Shown piece by piece: positions 49,001 through 61,700 of a stretch of DNA of 64,000 nt. The number at the start of each line of letters is the position of its first letter. Position 1 is the first letter of the stretch. Source of the stretch: Octopus sinensis (Eukaryota). Location of the stretch: the NCBI RefSeq assembly GCF_006345805.1, contig NC_043017.1:4650001-4714000 (forward strand). The letters run 5' to 3'. Under the pieces are notes generated by a model that had not been told where the DNA came from, made no database searches, and was given only the letters and a program-made list of their open reading frames with translations. A program made the position numbers and the translations under genes.

Positions 49001-52000
49001 TTCCAGGTTGGACAGGCCAAAGAATAGAGGCCAGATTAATATGGACCAACTCTTCCCAGAGGTAAAAATTGGTTTATATAGGGCCAACAGCTCTACCCAG
49101 TAAAAGGCAAAGTTAGGCAAGCATTGAAGCATTGATGACAATTCAAAAACATAGAAAAGTGAAAGAAGGCCTTCCTTTGAGGAAACATGATGCAGTGCAG
49201 CAAAATCCAAAAGTAAACCAACATCTTGCATTGCATGTCAGGCCCTGACCTGGAACCTACGAGGAGGGTGGAAGAAAGAATGCCCTAAAAATAGCTAGAG
49301 GTGAGGTATTGAGGTAGAGCTGAAAAGGCAGGGATTCAATGAGAGAGAAGCAGAAAAGGGAGCCCAGAGTTGGAGACAGGAGAGAGGCCAAACTAATACG
49401 GACCACCTCTTCCCAGAAGTAAAAATTGGTTTGCATAGACTAACACCCATACCTAGAAAAAAAAAAGCAAAGTTACAGATGTATTGATGAATAATTCGAA
49501 CCCAATAAGAGATGTAAGATGAAGGCCTTCCGTCAGGGAAGACCCCTGATTTGAGAACAGCAGAGAAAAGCTATTAATGACCTCTGCTCCATAGAGAGTG
49601 AAGGGCTTAAATGAGCACCCACTGTCCTTAATACACCCAGATGTATCCCACACATCTTTACGTACTGACTCATTCACTTACATATAAAATGCATACACAA
49701 ACCTACTCTTCTTAATTACAAAATCAAACACTTGACTCAAATTTTCTCTTTCATCATCAAAAAATTTTTAAAAAAGTTTTTTTTTTCTAACCTCGAGTAG
49801 ATTCCAATCTATCAACTCAAGTCTCACAAAGGGATTAAATAATTTTGGTAAGCAAAGTCCAATATAAGCTTCCTGGTACGACTCTGCATTTTTAGTTTTC
49901 CATTCTTCAAAGAGTCGCTTGATGTTGTTTAAATCACAGAAGTCCTCCTCAACATCATCAAATAACTTCTCAGTCAGCTGCAAGATTTCCACTGGAAAAA
50001 CATCAGAGATTTCATTGTTATTATCATCATTATTATTAATAGTAGTAGTAATTGTCAACATCATCATCATCTACTCATATATATTAAACTGAGAAAAACA
50101 AGTAAAAGAAAGATTTCTTTCATCATAATAATGGTTTCATATTTAAGCACAAGATGAAGGAAGGTTATAAATTAATTACAGGAACCCCAGTAGAATACTG
50201 GTATTCATTAATCCAGAGAATCAAAGGAAAATTTTACTGATGATGTAAAATTACGAGACTGAATACTGGAAGACACCAAGTTCAAGTTGTCCTTATTTTA
50301 AATATATGTTATATTTAAATAAGGCACAGACATGGTTGAGTGGTAAGATGTCTGCTTCCCAACCACATGGTTTTAGGTTCAGTCCCATTACATGTCACCT
50401 TCAGTAAGTGTCTTCAACTATAGCACTGGGCCAATGAAATTTACAAAGGTAATTAGATTCAGAAGTGGGCCAAATGGGGACGAAAAATGTGGGGAGTTTG
50501 GCACTGCTGATCAAGAGAATGTTTGATCTAGATATTAGCTAAATTCCACTAAACCTGAAATAATGTATGCTACCAATTCTGTGTTTTTCTATAATATATT
50601 TAACACATTTGACCCTCCAGCTTTAGCTTTCATTTTGTCCCAGGGCCCTAATAAGATATCTTAATAAATTTTAATGTGAGCGCCATAATGTTCTTTCACG
50701 ATATCATATGTGAGGCAAAGGTCACAGAGATATATGGTTCTAACTGTGATAGAAAGTCAGATAAGATGGAAATGAAAAGAGCTGCCTGAAGACGTATGGC
50801 CAGAAAAGCAAGAAAGACAAAACATACTTTTTTCTGAATTAAATTTGGTTATATCAGATTGATTTTCTTCATCATCGGATGACAAACCTTCGTGATGTCC
50901 AGAAAGGTCTCTGCTTTCACGAGCCCTTCGCCTACGAGACCTATAAAACACAAAAGATAAATATTTAGCACAGTTTCCCCAAGACCACAGTTAGGAGATG
51001 CAATTATAATGACTTCTAACGTAGGCAGATGGCTACAAATGCCATCTGGGAATGGAACAGAATGGATACAGCTGATTCCTTTGACACCAGTACTTATTTT
51101 AAATTAGGGACACTACATAAAAAAAACACCCAAAAAACTCTCTTTGACATTTCAATTACAGAATAGTTTTGACCATTTTTTTTACTGATAGCAATCATCA
51201 TCATCATCATCATCATCATTACTAAATAAGTTCTATTTGCAAGCTTGGACCCTCCTTCATTCCATATCAGTTTCAATCACAACAAATACCAAGGGCTGAT
51301 TATCAACCATTAACAGCTCCAGTAAAACCATTCTAAGAACCTCTTCTCAAAGAACACTGAGATCAAATGGCAATAGATTTACCTGCGTGCCTCCCTCTCT
51401 GCAACACGTCTCTGCATAGCCTCAGCAGCATCAAAAACTACTTTCACTTTACCTGCAAGGATACAAGCAAAACAACTGAATTAACAAACAGATCAAGCAT
51501 GAAAAGAAGTCTCAACACTAATTCAATGGTTACAGTTTGAGATGAGAAAAAGTTTTAACACAACAAAACGAAGCTTATTGAGAAATGTGATGGTTAAACA
51601 CACAACCAAGGGACTATTGCAAATAAATATGTTAATTCCTTGCATGACCAATGGTTGGCCAAATCAAAGAAATGCTTCAATGTTTTTGTTGAGTTCTCTT
51701 ATGTTTTTAGAGCGGTGGTTCTCAACTATTTTAATATCTGGGCCAGACTCCAAACCTAGACTCTTTTAGGAGGCCCACACTTAAAAAAAAAAGTAAAATA
51801 CAAATCAATTAAAGAAAAAAATTATTATATTTATAGAGGGAAGACTGTTGGGGACTGCTAGAAGGATGCTTGAGGGCCACAGTTGAGCACCACTGCTCCA
51901 GAGTCTAAATCTGCTATTTTTGTATTTTGTAGGTTCCAGTTTATGACAACAATGTATGGTTCTGTCTTTGAGCTCCAGGACTCATCAGCCTGGTTATTTG

Positions 52001-55000
52001 GTTTCCATAGTATATAAGTGACCGAAGTGACAACATTTGCCCTGAATGAAATACCAGTACATCACATTATGACAATAATATTCTCCCTTAATCGCTTCCT
52101 TCACAGTCTGCGCTCCATGTTGATTTAGCCCAGTCAAGAACAGATGTAGTTTCTTTCAGCCAAAATGGTTTTCTCTAGACTCACTAAACTAAGCTGCACT
52201 TTGCAAATATAAAATCTTTCATGTTGTAAATTTATGTTCTAAACACTTACCATATTTGATGGCACATAAGATCCATTTTTTACTCCTAAAAATATGTCCC
52301 AAAAACTTCCCTCCAGGTTTTACATGTGAAGTTGGGCCTCCCATAAGTTTGTCCCTAGTGCTCATTACTATTGACTAATTTTAATCCAGATGGCCTCCTC
52401 TCCCTGGCTTGACTCCAGTCCATAATAAAAACTTACTTTTTTCATGTAGCAATGTTTTTGCTAATGTACAGAGATAGATTACTTTAAACACTGGTTTCAA
52501 ATTTTGGTACAAGGCCAGCAATTTCTGGGGAGAGGTTTAGTCAATTATGTTTACTCCAGTGCTCAACTGATACTTATTTTATTGACCCCAAAAGGATGAA
52601 AGGCAAAGCCAATCTTGGTGGAATTTGAACTCAGAATATAAAGACAGGAAATGCACCTAAGCATTTTTCCTGGCATGCTAATGATTCTGCCAGCTCACTG
52701 TGTTTAGTTTACTTTAAATACAGGGTTCAAATTTTGGCACGAGGCCAGTAATTTCAGGGGAGGAATTAAGTCGATTACACTGAACCCTGTACTCAGTTGG
52801 TGCTTATTTTATCAAGGATGAAAAGCAAGGTCAACTTTGGCAGAATTTGAACTCAGAATATAAAGATGGACAAAATACTGTTAGGCATTTTGTTTGGCAT
52901 GTTAACAATTCTGCCATCATTACTTCAAATATCATAAGCTTTAATGCTGCACTAAAAACGTTTTTCTTTGAATATGTGTTGCTGGAACTGGTATGCGTCT
53001 AATGTACCTGCACATCTTTTATGCTGTCAAATGAGGTAATTAAAAATTATCGGAGAGCTGAAGGAGATGTGGACAGTCCAGCCTTCCCTACAGTATTAAA
53101 GGCTAGCCAGCAGTTTGGTCCCTAACATTGATTTTTAGAAACTGTAAAACTAAACTAACTCATCATATTCCATATTCACAAAATGTTGAAAGAGTTAATT
53201 CTAATTTAGGCAGCACAGGGCCATTGTTTTGGAAGCAGGAGACAAAGATCTATGCAGACTAAAGTGAGAAATTATAAACTGTAAAAAAGAAAATACACAA
53301 ATAAAAATGTTCAGAAATCTGGATATAGAATATATCATGTTAAACTGTATGGCTTTGTTACTAAGAACACACTGTCCTTGGTATGTTCCTAGTAAAGTAA
53401 CTCAAATATGCTTCTAGTTTTGTAATATCTCAGGATCTTCTTCAAAGTCAGTCAACATTGTAAATTCCAACAACATTTAAAAAGCAACAAAAAAAAGAAA
53501 AGCGTTTAATCCTTTAGCATTCGGATTACTCTGTCAAATGTAATGCTTATTAAATTAAACATTGTTTTGAATTCATCGTGCATTATCTTGAAACTGAGAT
53601 TTCAACACTGTGATTGTTTATTTTTAGAATGAAATTGTAGGGTAGGTACAAGAGGCTGGATCCGGACAGTTTTAACACAAAATATGTAGAATATTTGAGC
53701 CAGATATGGCTGGTTTAAATGCTAAAGGTTTAAATAACACTAATACATTAAACATTTCTATAAATTGTTCATTCATTTTACGTCCATTTTTCCATGCTGA
53801 CATGGGTTAGACAAATATATTACTGAGGCAATGTTGAACAGCCATATGCCTATTCATGGTGCTAACCCATAACTGTTTCTCTAGTAAGCGATCTCTTATT
53901 TCACAAAACTTTGAAAGCACAAAGCGAGCGGGCAATTTGTTGACAGAGAGCGCAAATGTAAGCAGACATACACATACAGGGACACAACTACACACAGATA
54001 TTTTACACAGGCACACATACACACACATATATACACAAAGGGTTTCTTTCAGTTCCCATCAATCAAATTGCCTCACAAGACTCATGAAATCCCACAAACA
54101 AATATAGCATTTAAACCTCTGTGATGTATCCTAATATTTATGATACCTAATGTAATCAGGTTTTATCTAAAAACATTTCAAGTCTTCTTTGGTCATCTAC
54201 CTTCAAATATAAACCCAGAGCATCTCATTATGCATCCATGTAGGCGCAGGAGTGGCTGTGTGGTAAGTAGCTTGCTTACAAACCACTTGGTTCCGGGTTC
54301 AGTCCCACTGCGTGGCACCTTGGGCGAGTGTCTTCTACTATAGCCTCGGGCCGACCAAAGCCTTGTGAGTGGATTTGGTAGACAGAAACTGAAAGAAGCC
54401 CGTCGTATATATGTATATGATGATGAAGAAATTTATATATATATATATATATATCATCATCATCATCATCGTTTAGTGTCCGCTTTCCATGCTAGCATGG
54501 GTTGGACGGTTGAACTGGGGTCTGGGAAGCCAGAAGGCTGCACCAGGCCCAGTTTGATCTGGCAATGTTTCTACGGCTGGATGCCCTTCCTAACGCCAAC
54601 CACTCCATGAGTGTAGTGGGTGCTTTTTACACTCATGGAGTGATATATATATGTGTGTGTGTGTGTGTATGTTTGTGTGTCTGTGTTTGTCCCCCCAACA
54701 TCACTTGACAAGTAAAAGAGTAAAGAGTATGTTACACATTTACACCAGCATCTCTCTCTCTCTCAAGCAGAAGGTTTCTCTCTTTACATATCCTTTCTCT
54801 TAAGCAGTGCACAATTCAGTCGGTTCCTCTCCAAATTATGAGAGATTTTTAGCATTCATGGTTCATGTTTCACTTCCATAGAGTATCACATGTATTATAC
54901 ATTTCTCATTTAGTTTCTTTCACAGGGGTACCATTAGAATGGTTACTGTACCAACAACACTCTGCCCAGACATAGGGATCCCAAATTCCACCAAACAGGT

Positions 55001-58000
55001 GATCATGTAGGAATGGACTGAGCCCTGAGAAGCTTGCCAAATACCAGGAGCTGCTAGGGTGGTGGTGAAGGGCTGATGGGTATGTTGTGAGGCAATTGAA
55101 GTGGGACACCAGGGTTTTGTGGGGCATTCATTCAGCAAAGCTCTGACTGGGTTACTGGCGCAGCAAAGAGAAGGGTACAAAATACCATAACTGAAGCCAC
55201 TAGGTAGTTTTGGGACGAAGAGGACAGGGTGGTGGTTCACTGCTATTGGGATGCAAGCTGAGACTCGACTGACCTTGGCTGGGTCAATTGGGAGATGGGG
55301 CCTGATGTTAAAAGACCTGAAATCCCCCGAGACCCCAGAAACATCACTGATGGTACATTTCAATGCATCTGTGAGATGCATCTTAGAACCCCATTTAACT
55401 TTAATCCACAAAAAAAAACAAAAAAAAAACATTTAAAATAAAACTTGTCAAATATAAGCAATATTAATTTTAAATAAAATTAAAAAACACAAACCTGTGT
55501 TTACAAGATCTATATGCTTTGCAATATAATTTAGTAAAAAAAATCTAAGGTTTAATGTTATTTTTGTTCAAAAGGTTATAAAAATTTCTATGTAGCAATT
55601 AACTTTTAATGATTTGTGATTTAAACCCTTTTTGCGGTCACATTTCTGTTGAAATATATTTTCTTTATTTCAAACAATTTTTGAAGAATTTAGTAAAATT
55701 ATTATGAAGCTGGGGTTTGGAGTTTAAACATGGAATTTTGACGGAAGGTTACAATTTATAACTCTCTGTAGACAAGAAATTTCTACAACAGAGCCAGGGG
55801 TGGACTCAGGCAGGTTGGGAACAAAAGGATTAATAGGCAGAGGAGCCAATTAAATGCTAGAAAGCCAAACACACATAAAACTGTAATGATAGAATCATCT
55901 TTGGAAAACATCCAAAACCAACCAAAATCATTTTCTTTCTCACTTGTTTTGTGTTACGCAATGTTATTTTTTTAACCCCCGCAAGACAACTGTTCAAAAC
56001 TAGCAACAGTCACCATTTAATTATACTAGTTTCTAATGATGCTATAATTTAACCCTTTCGTTACTGTATTTATTTTGAGATGCTCTGTGTTTCTTTCAAT
56101 TACTTTAAATGTAACAAAGAATTTAGTAAAATAACTTAGTTATCATTCAGCTAGTGTTAGGGACATAAATTGTGACTAAGGTTTGGTGGAAGGTTTTAAT
56201 TCAAAACTTATGAAAACAAGACATTTGTACTAAAGAACCAGAGCCGGTTTCAGCTGGGTTGGTAACAAAATATGCGATAACAGTGTTATTTGAAGAATTT
56301 CAGTCAAAAGAATTAATCTGTAAGCATCATCATCAATTAACATCTACTTTCTATGCTGGCATGGGTTGGACAGTTTACCCAAAGCTGGCAGGCCTGAGAG
56401 CTGCACCAGGGTTCCAGTCATGTGTTTTGGCATGGTTTCTACAGCTGGATACTTTTCTTGATGCCAACCACTTTACAGACAGGAAGCTGAGAAGCCAACC
56501 TACCCCAAACAATGCAGCTGAGATTGTAGGACGAGGGTAGATGGAAGATGAATGCAGGACTAAGGAGCTTAATACAAGAACTTAAGCCATCCAAATTCAT
56601 GACAAATTTAAATCTTAGTACTGTATGCAACAAATTCATCATCATCATTATAATAATAATATAATAATAATAATAATAATCCTTTCAACTATAGGCACAA
56701 GGCCTGAAATTTTGGGGGAGGGGATAAGTCAATTACATTGACCCCAGTGTTTCACTGGTACTTAATTTATTGACCCTGGATGGATGAAAGGCAAAGTTGA
56801 TCTCAGCAGAATTTGAACTCAGAATGTAGTGACAGGCAAAATACCACTAAGCATTTTTGTCCAACATGCTCATGATTCTGCCAGCTCGCCACCTTAGACA
56901 ATAATTTTAATAATAATAATAATGATCTTAACTGATTGGAAATGTTATCATGTACATTGTTTTGTCTTGGTATAAAAGATGGGCTACAGCAAATATTCTG
57001 CTCAATACCACAGATTTGCTTGACCGTAACCAGTTGAGCATGTCCCTTAGTGGCTGACGATATGTGCATCTCTGACCACGAGTAGAAGTTTTGGGAGAGC
57101 ATCATAGCCATGTGTTGAGAGGGATACTTTGAGGTTTGGATAATTCACCTCTGGAAACATGGGTGTTTCGTTCAACATCCTTAAACAACCCTTATTCAGG
57201 GACCTTTTGAGCGGGATGGGCTACTCACCCTGAAGAAAATTTTAACTGGGCCCCACCTGCAAGGTCATGTGCTGTTTATCTTGATATGAGATCACCATGT
57301 CGCGCACATATGGTTGTGATGCATGTGCCTGGTGTACCCTTATCAGACGGGTAGTCATGATGGGTATATTGGGCTTTGTATATTTTACCCCAGTGTCACT
57401 TTGATGGCATGAACTGCTCTCTCACTCAATAATAATAATAATCCTAAAAATTTCGAATGCTTGAAGCAATGATTATTGTCACAGGTTGAAATGAAAAGGA
57501 AATGAAGAACAAATTGCATTGGAAGAGAAGAAAATTACAAAATTGTTTCTGCAGTCAACAAATGTAAGGAATTTAGAATTTTAGCTCAGCTTCAGTACAA
57601 GTTATTCTTCCCAACGAAATTTTGCAACAAAGCAGAACACTGATAACGTTATCTTTTACATGAACATAACAAAGAGAAGGACGAGGAGCAGGGGGAGGAG
57701 CTGGTCTCCAAGAAATATGGGAGAGGGCGGGGTGGGGGTGGGGGTAGTAGGGGGGAAGGGGGGCAGAGACATTTAATTGAGTGTGAAAGACGTTAGAGCA
57801 GTGAAGGCATGCTGTCACACCTACACTGTCTGCAAGGAGGAGACACAGGAATACCGACTTGCAGTGTAGTCCTGACACTGATCCCTGACATCCTGCTGTC
57901 GACGTAAAGTCAATTTCTCGGCACGCTGCTTTAGCAAATAGGCCATACGGGCTTCCAACTCGAGAATTAAGGGCACCTGAAAGGAAAAAAGGGGTTCGAA

Positions 58001-58708
58001 TGAAAACGTGAAACTCTGTGAAGAGCCTTACTGAAAAGAATGATAAGAACAAAATGCCATCAGATATACTGTCATTGTATCAGTTTTAAGTATCTTATTT
58101 TTAATTTTTTTTTTGACTGTGGCCATGCTGGAGCACGGCCTTGAAAAATTTTTACTTGAATGAACTGACCCCAGTACCTATGCTTTTGTTAAAGTCTGGT
58201 ACTTATTGTATCGGTGTCTTTTGCTGAATTGCTAAGTTATGAGGGACTTAAACACAATAACACCAGTTGTCAAGCAGCAGTGGGGACAAACAGACATAAA
58301 GACACACACACACACACACACAACAGGCTTCTTTCAGTTTCCATCAACTAAATCCACTCACAAAGCTTTGGACATTCTGAAGTCATAGGAGAAGACACCC
58401 AAGATGCCACACAGTGGGACTGAACCCAAAACTATGTGGTTGAGAAGCAAACTTCTTACCACGCAGCCACATCCTGCACTTATATATATATATATACATC
58501 TTTTACCTTCTGCTTGTTTCAATCATTGTACTGTGGCCAAGTTGGAGCAAACATCTTGATGGATTTAGTTAAAGAAATCAACCCCAGTATTTATTATTTA
58601 AGTCTGGCACTTATTTTATCAGTCTCCTTTACCAAACCGCTAAGGTACAAGGATGTAAACAGACCAACATTGGTTTCAAGAAGTGGGGAGACAAACACAA
58701 AGACACAC

Positions 58709-58756
<48 letters not shown>

Positions 58757-61700
58757 TACATACATATGATGGGCTTCCACACAATTTCCATCTAGCAAAT
58801 TGACAAAGAATTAGCTGAGCTGGAGCTATAACAGAAGATACTTGCTCAAGCTGCCAAGCAGTAGACTGAACCTGAAACCACATGGTGGTAAAGTGAAGTT
58901 CAAAACCACACATCCATGCTTAGGGAAATGCTAACAACTTCAATCAATCGACTTAATACCTTTGTCTGTCCTCTTTTTGTCCCCTCTATTGTTTAGCCCC
59001 TTGTGGGCAATAAAGAAATAAGAAACTGAAAGAAGCCTGTTGTGTATAGATATATATATAAATATATTTGTATATGTATGTATATCTATGAGTACCAACA
59101 TTAACTATCCACGTACATTATTGAAAGTGAAGGTGCACGACTTAGCGGTTAGGGTGTGGCTTTCACAATCAGGGTTTCGATTTCTGAATCAGGTGGTGTG
59201 TTGTGTTCTTGAGCAAAATACTTCATTTCACATTTCTCCAGTCCACTTAACTAACTGTAAATAAGTAACCCTCTGACAGACTGGGGAACCTTTCAGCGGG
59301 AACGTTGCAATCTTGGTCACTGAAACACCACGGGAACTGGGTGACCAGATCAATAAGTCTCAAGACTCAAGATTGTAATTTACTTTAACACATTATTGAA
59401 ACGTTGGAAAGATGCAATTTTAATTTAAATATTCTTATAATTGTTGGTTTAAAATTTCTGACACAGGGCTTGCAATTTCGACCCCTGTACTCAACTAGTG
59501 CTTATTTTATCGACCCTGAAAAGACGAAAGGAAAAGTCGACCTCAGCAGAAATGTCATGATTATTAAATAATTAACCCCTCTAGTATTTAAACCAGTGAA
59601 ATCCAGCCAAAATAGTCTTCCTGTTTTACGGACAAACCAACCAGATTGGGTCTCTCACACCTACCCTACAATGTCATTCGCGAAATATACAATCACATCA
59701 TCTAAATCTCGAAGGTACAGGATAATGCCTGATTCATTCAAAACAATGGCAATAAATAAGAATTGTAATACAATTAAATCTGAATGCTAAAGGGTTAAAG
59801 ATGGCAATTTTGTTCTGATCATACTTTGAGTAAGGTATATAATACATACATATATATATATAGATTAAATTTAATTTAAAAAAAAAGAAGTTAAATATTG
59901 AAGTGAAACATCATCAAAACCACTTCGAACAGAGAGACCAAGGAAGACTGATGCATAGTGTAGAGTAAAAGAATGCTACAGGATTCTGTAAGCTGGACAA
60001 TGACGTTCTTCGACACATTGATTAATGCCAAGCATTTGTAATAAAAACAGACTTACATTATGTCTTCCCATTTATATGTGCATTGGCATAAACAGTGTAA
60101 CAACATTTTTATACGTGATACTTTTAATTATTAACACAGAAAAACGACTTTTTGTGGAGATAGCTGAATAAGATTGGTTGGTCTACTGCAAAGATTTATG
60201 AAGTAGAGGTTTATGTTATGTGAAGAAGTCAAAGTTGGAAGAGGTCCTTAGAAGAATGTTGGCTGTCAGAATGACATTCAGCAGTTAATGTCAGGTGCAG
60301 AGGTTGAGAGGAGAAACAGGATATTGGTAGTAGAAGGTAGAGAGATGGTAGCAGAATGTGAAGAGCTGGTACTTCGTCTGTGCTGGTGTCACATTAAAAC
60401 CACCCAGTACACACTGTCACTGTAAAGTGGTTGGCATTCGGATGGACATCCAGCCACAGAAACCTTGTTGAAACAGACGACTGGAGCCTGTTGCAGCCCT
60501 CCAGCTGGCCGGCACTTGTCTGTCAGAATGTCCAGAGCATGCCATCTTGGAAAATGGATGTATGACAATGATGATGAAGGAAAGAGTTGAAGATGACAGT
60601 AAAAGAGAATAGATAATAAGGAGAATGAAGGCTTCTTTTCTTTTTTGCAGGGAAGCATGTAAAAAGCACCATCCGGCTGTGGCCATTTGCCAGCCCCGTC
60701 TGGCATCTGTGCCGGTGGTACGTAAAAAGCACCCACTACACTCACGGAGTGGTTGGCGTTAGGAAGGGCATCCAGCCGTAGAAACATTGCCAGATCAGAC
60801 TGGGCCTGGTGCAGCCTTCTGGCTTCCCAGACCCCATTTGAACCGTCCAACCCATGCCAGCATGGAAAGCGGATGCTAAATGATGATGATGATGATGAAA
60901 CATTCTAACTATGAGAAGTACACAACATATTGGGGTACATCTAGGTCTTATGAGAATCAATAACTGCTCAAAACCAAACAGATTTCTTAACATAAAGAAA
61001 TAGTTTTAGCTTTTATAATCAAATAAAACTGGAGAAAGTGCAATTTTAGAAATCCTTCAACAGAGATATCCAGTCTAGACGGAAATGGTGATGGGCTCTA
61101 AGTACATCATCATTTGACTTGCATTTTCCCCATGCTTGCAATGGTTGGATAGATCCTCCCTAATAGTGTCCTTCAACTTTTTTCATTGAAAGCCACTCAT
61201 CCAACCACTACAAGCAAGGGAAAACAAGACATTAAATGGTGACAGTGATGATGTGCTAGATGCAGAATGCATTAAGAAAAAATATGCTGAGTATTTTTGC
61301 TAGTTTATTAAGGAGTATGGCAAGTGATTTAAATCAGTGGGTCTCGACCAGGATCCATAAGACCCTTGGGGGTCCACATAAAATTTTGCTGTTAAAATTT
61401 ATATACAATAAATTAGTTTTACATTATTTACATTTGACAGATATTTTATCCTCATCTTCTTTGTTGTTAACACAATGTTTCGGCTGATATACCCTCCAGC
61501 CTTCATTAGATGTCTTGGGGAAATTTCGAACCTGGGTTCTCATTCCTAGGGTATTTTTCAATGTTGTTATTATTGATATTATTATTATTATTATTATTCA
61601 GGTCACTGCCTGGAATCGAACTCAGAATCTTGGGGTTAGTAGCCCGCGCTCTTAAACACTACGTGGATGTGTGAAGTTTGCGATGAAGCACCTGTGATTC

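Noticed and set aside
45923-51988. Isolated minus-strand CTGATGA hits at 45923-45929 and 51982-51988
   Set aside because: No correctly placed GAAA or stem I/III; a 7-mer is expected by chance.
54920-55432. 170-aa minus-strand ORF as an extra PAXBP1 exon
   Set aside because: It is antisense to a decayed HERO-like element, and the PAXBP1 phases close without it.
57573-58052. 159-aa ORF as an independent gene
   Set aside because: It is an alternative frame over PAXBP1 exon 57859-57976.
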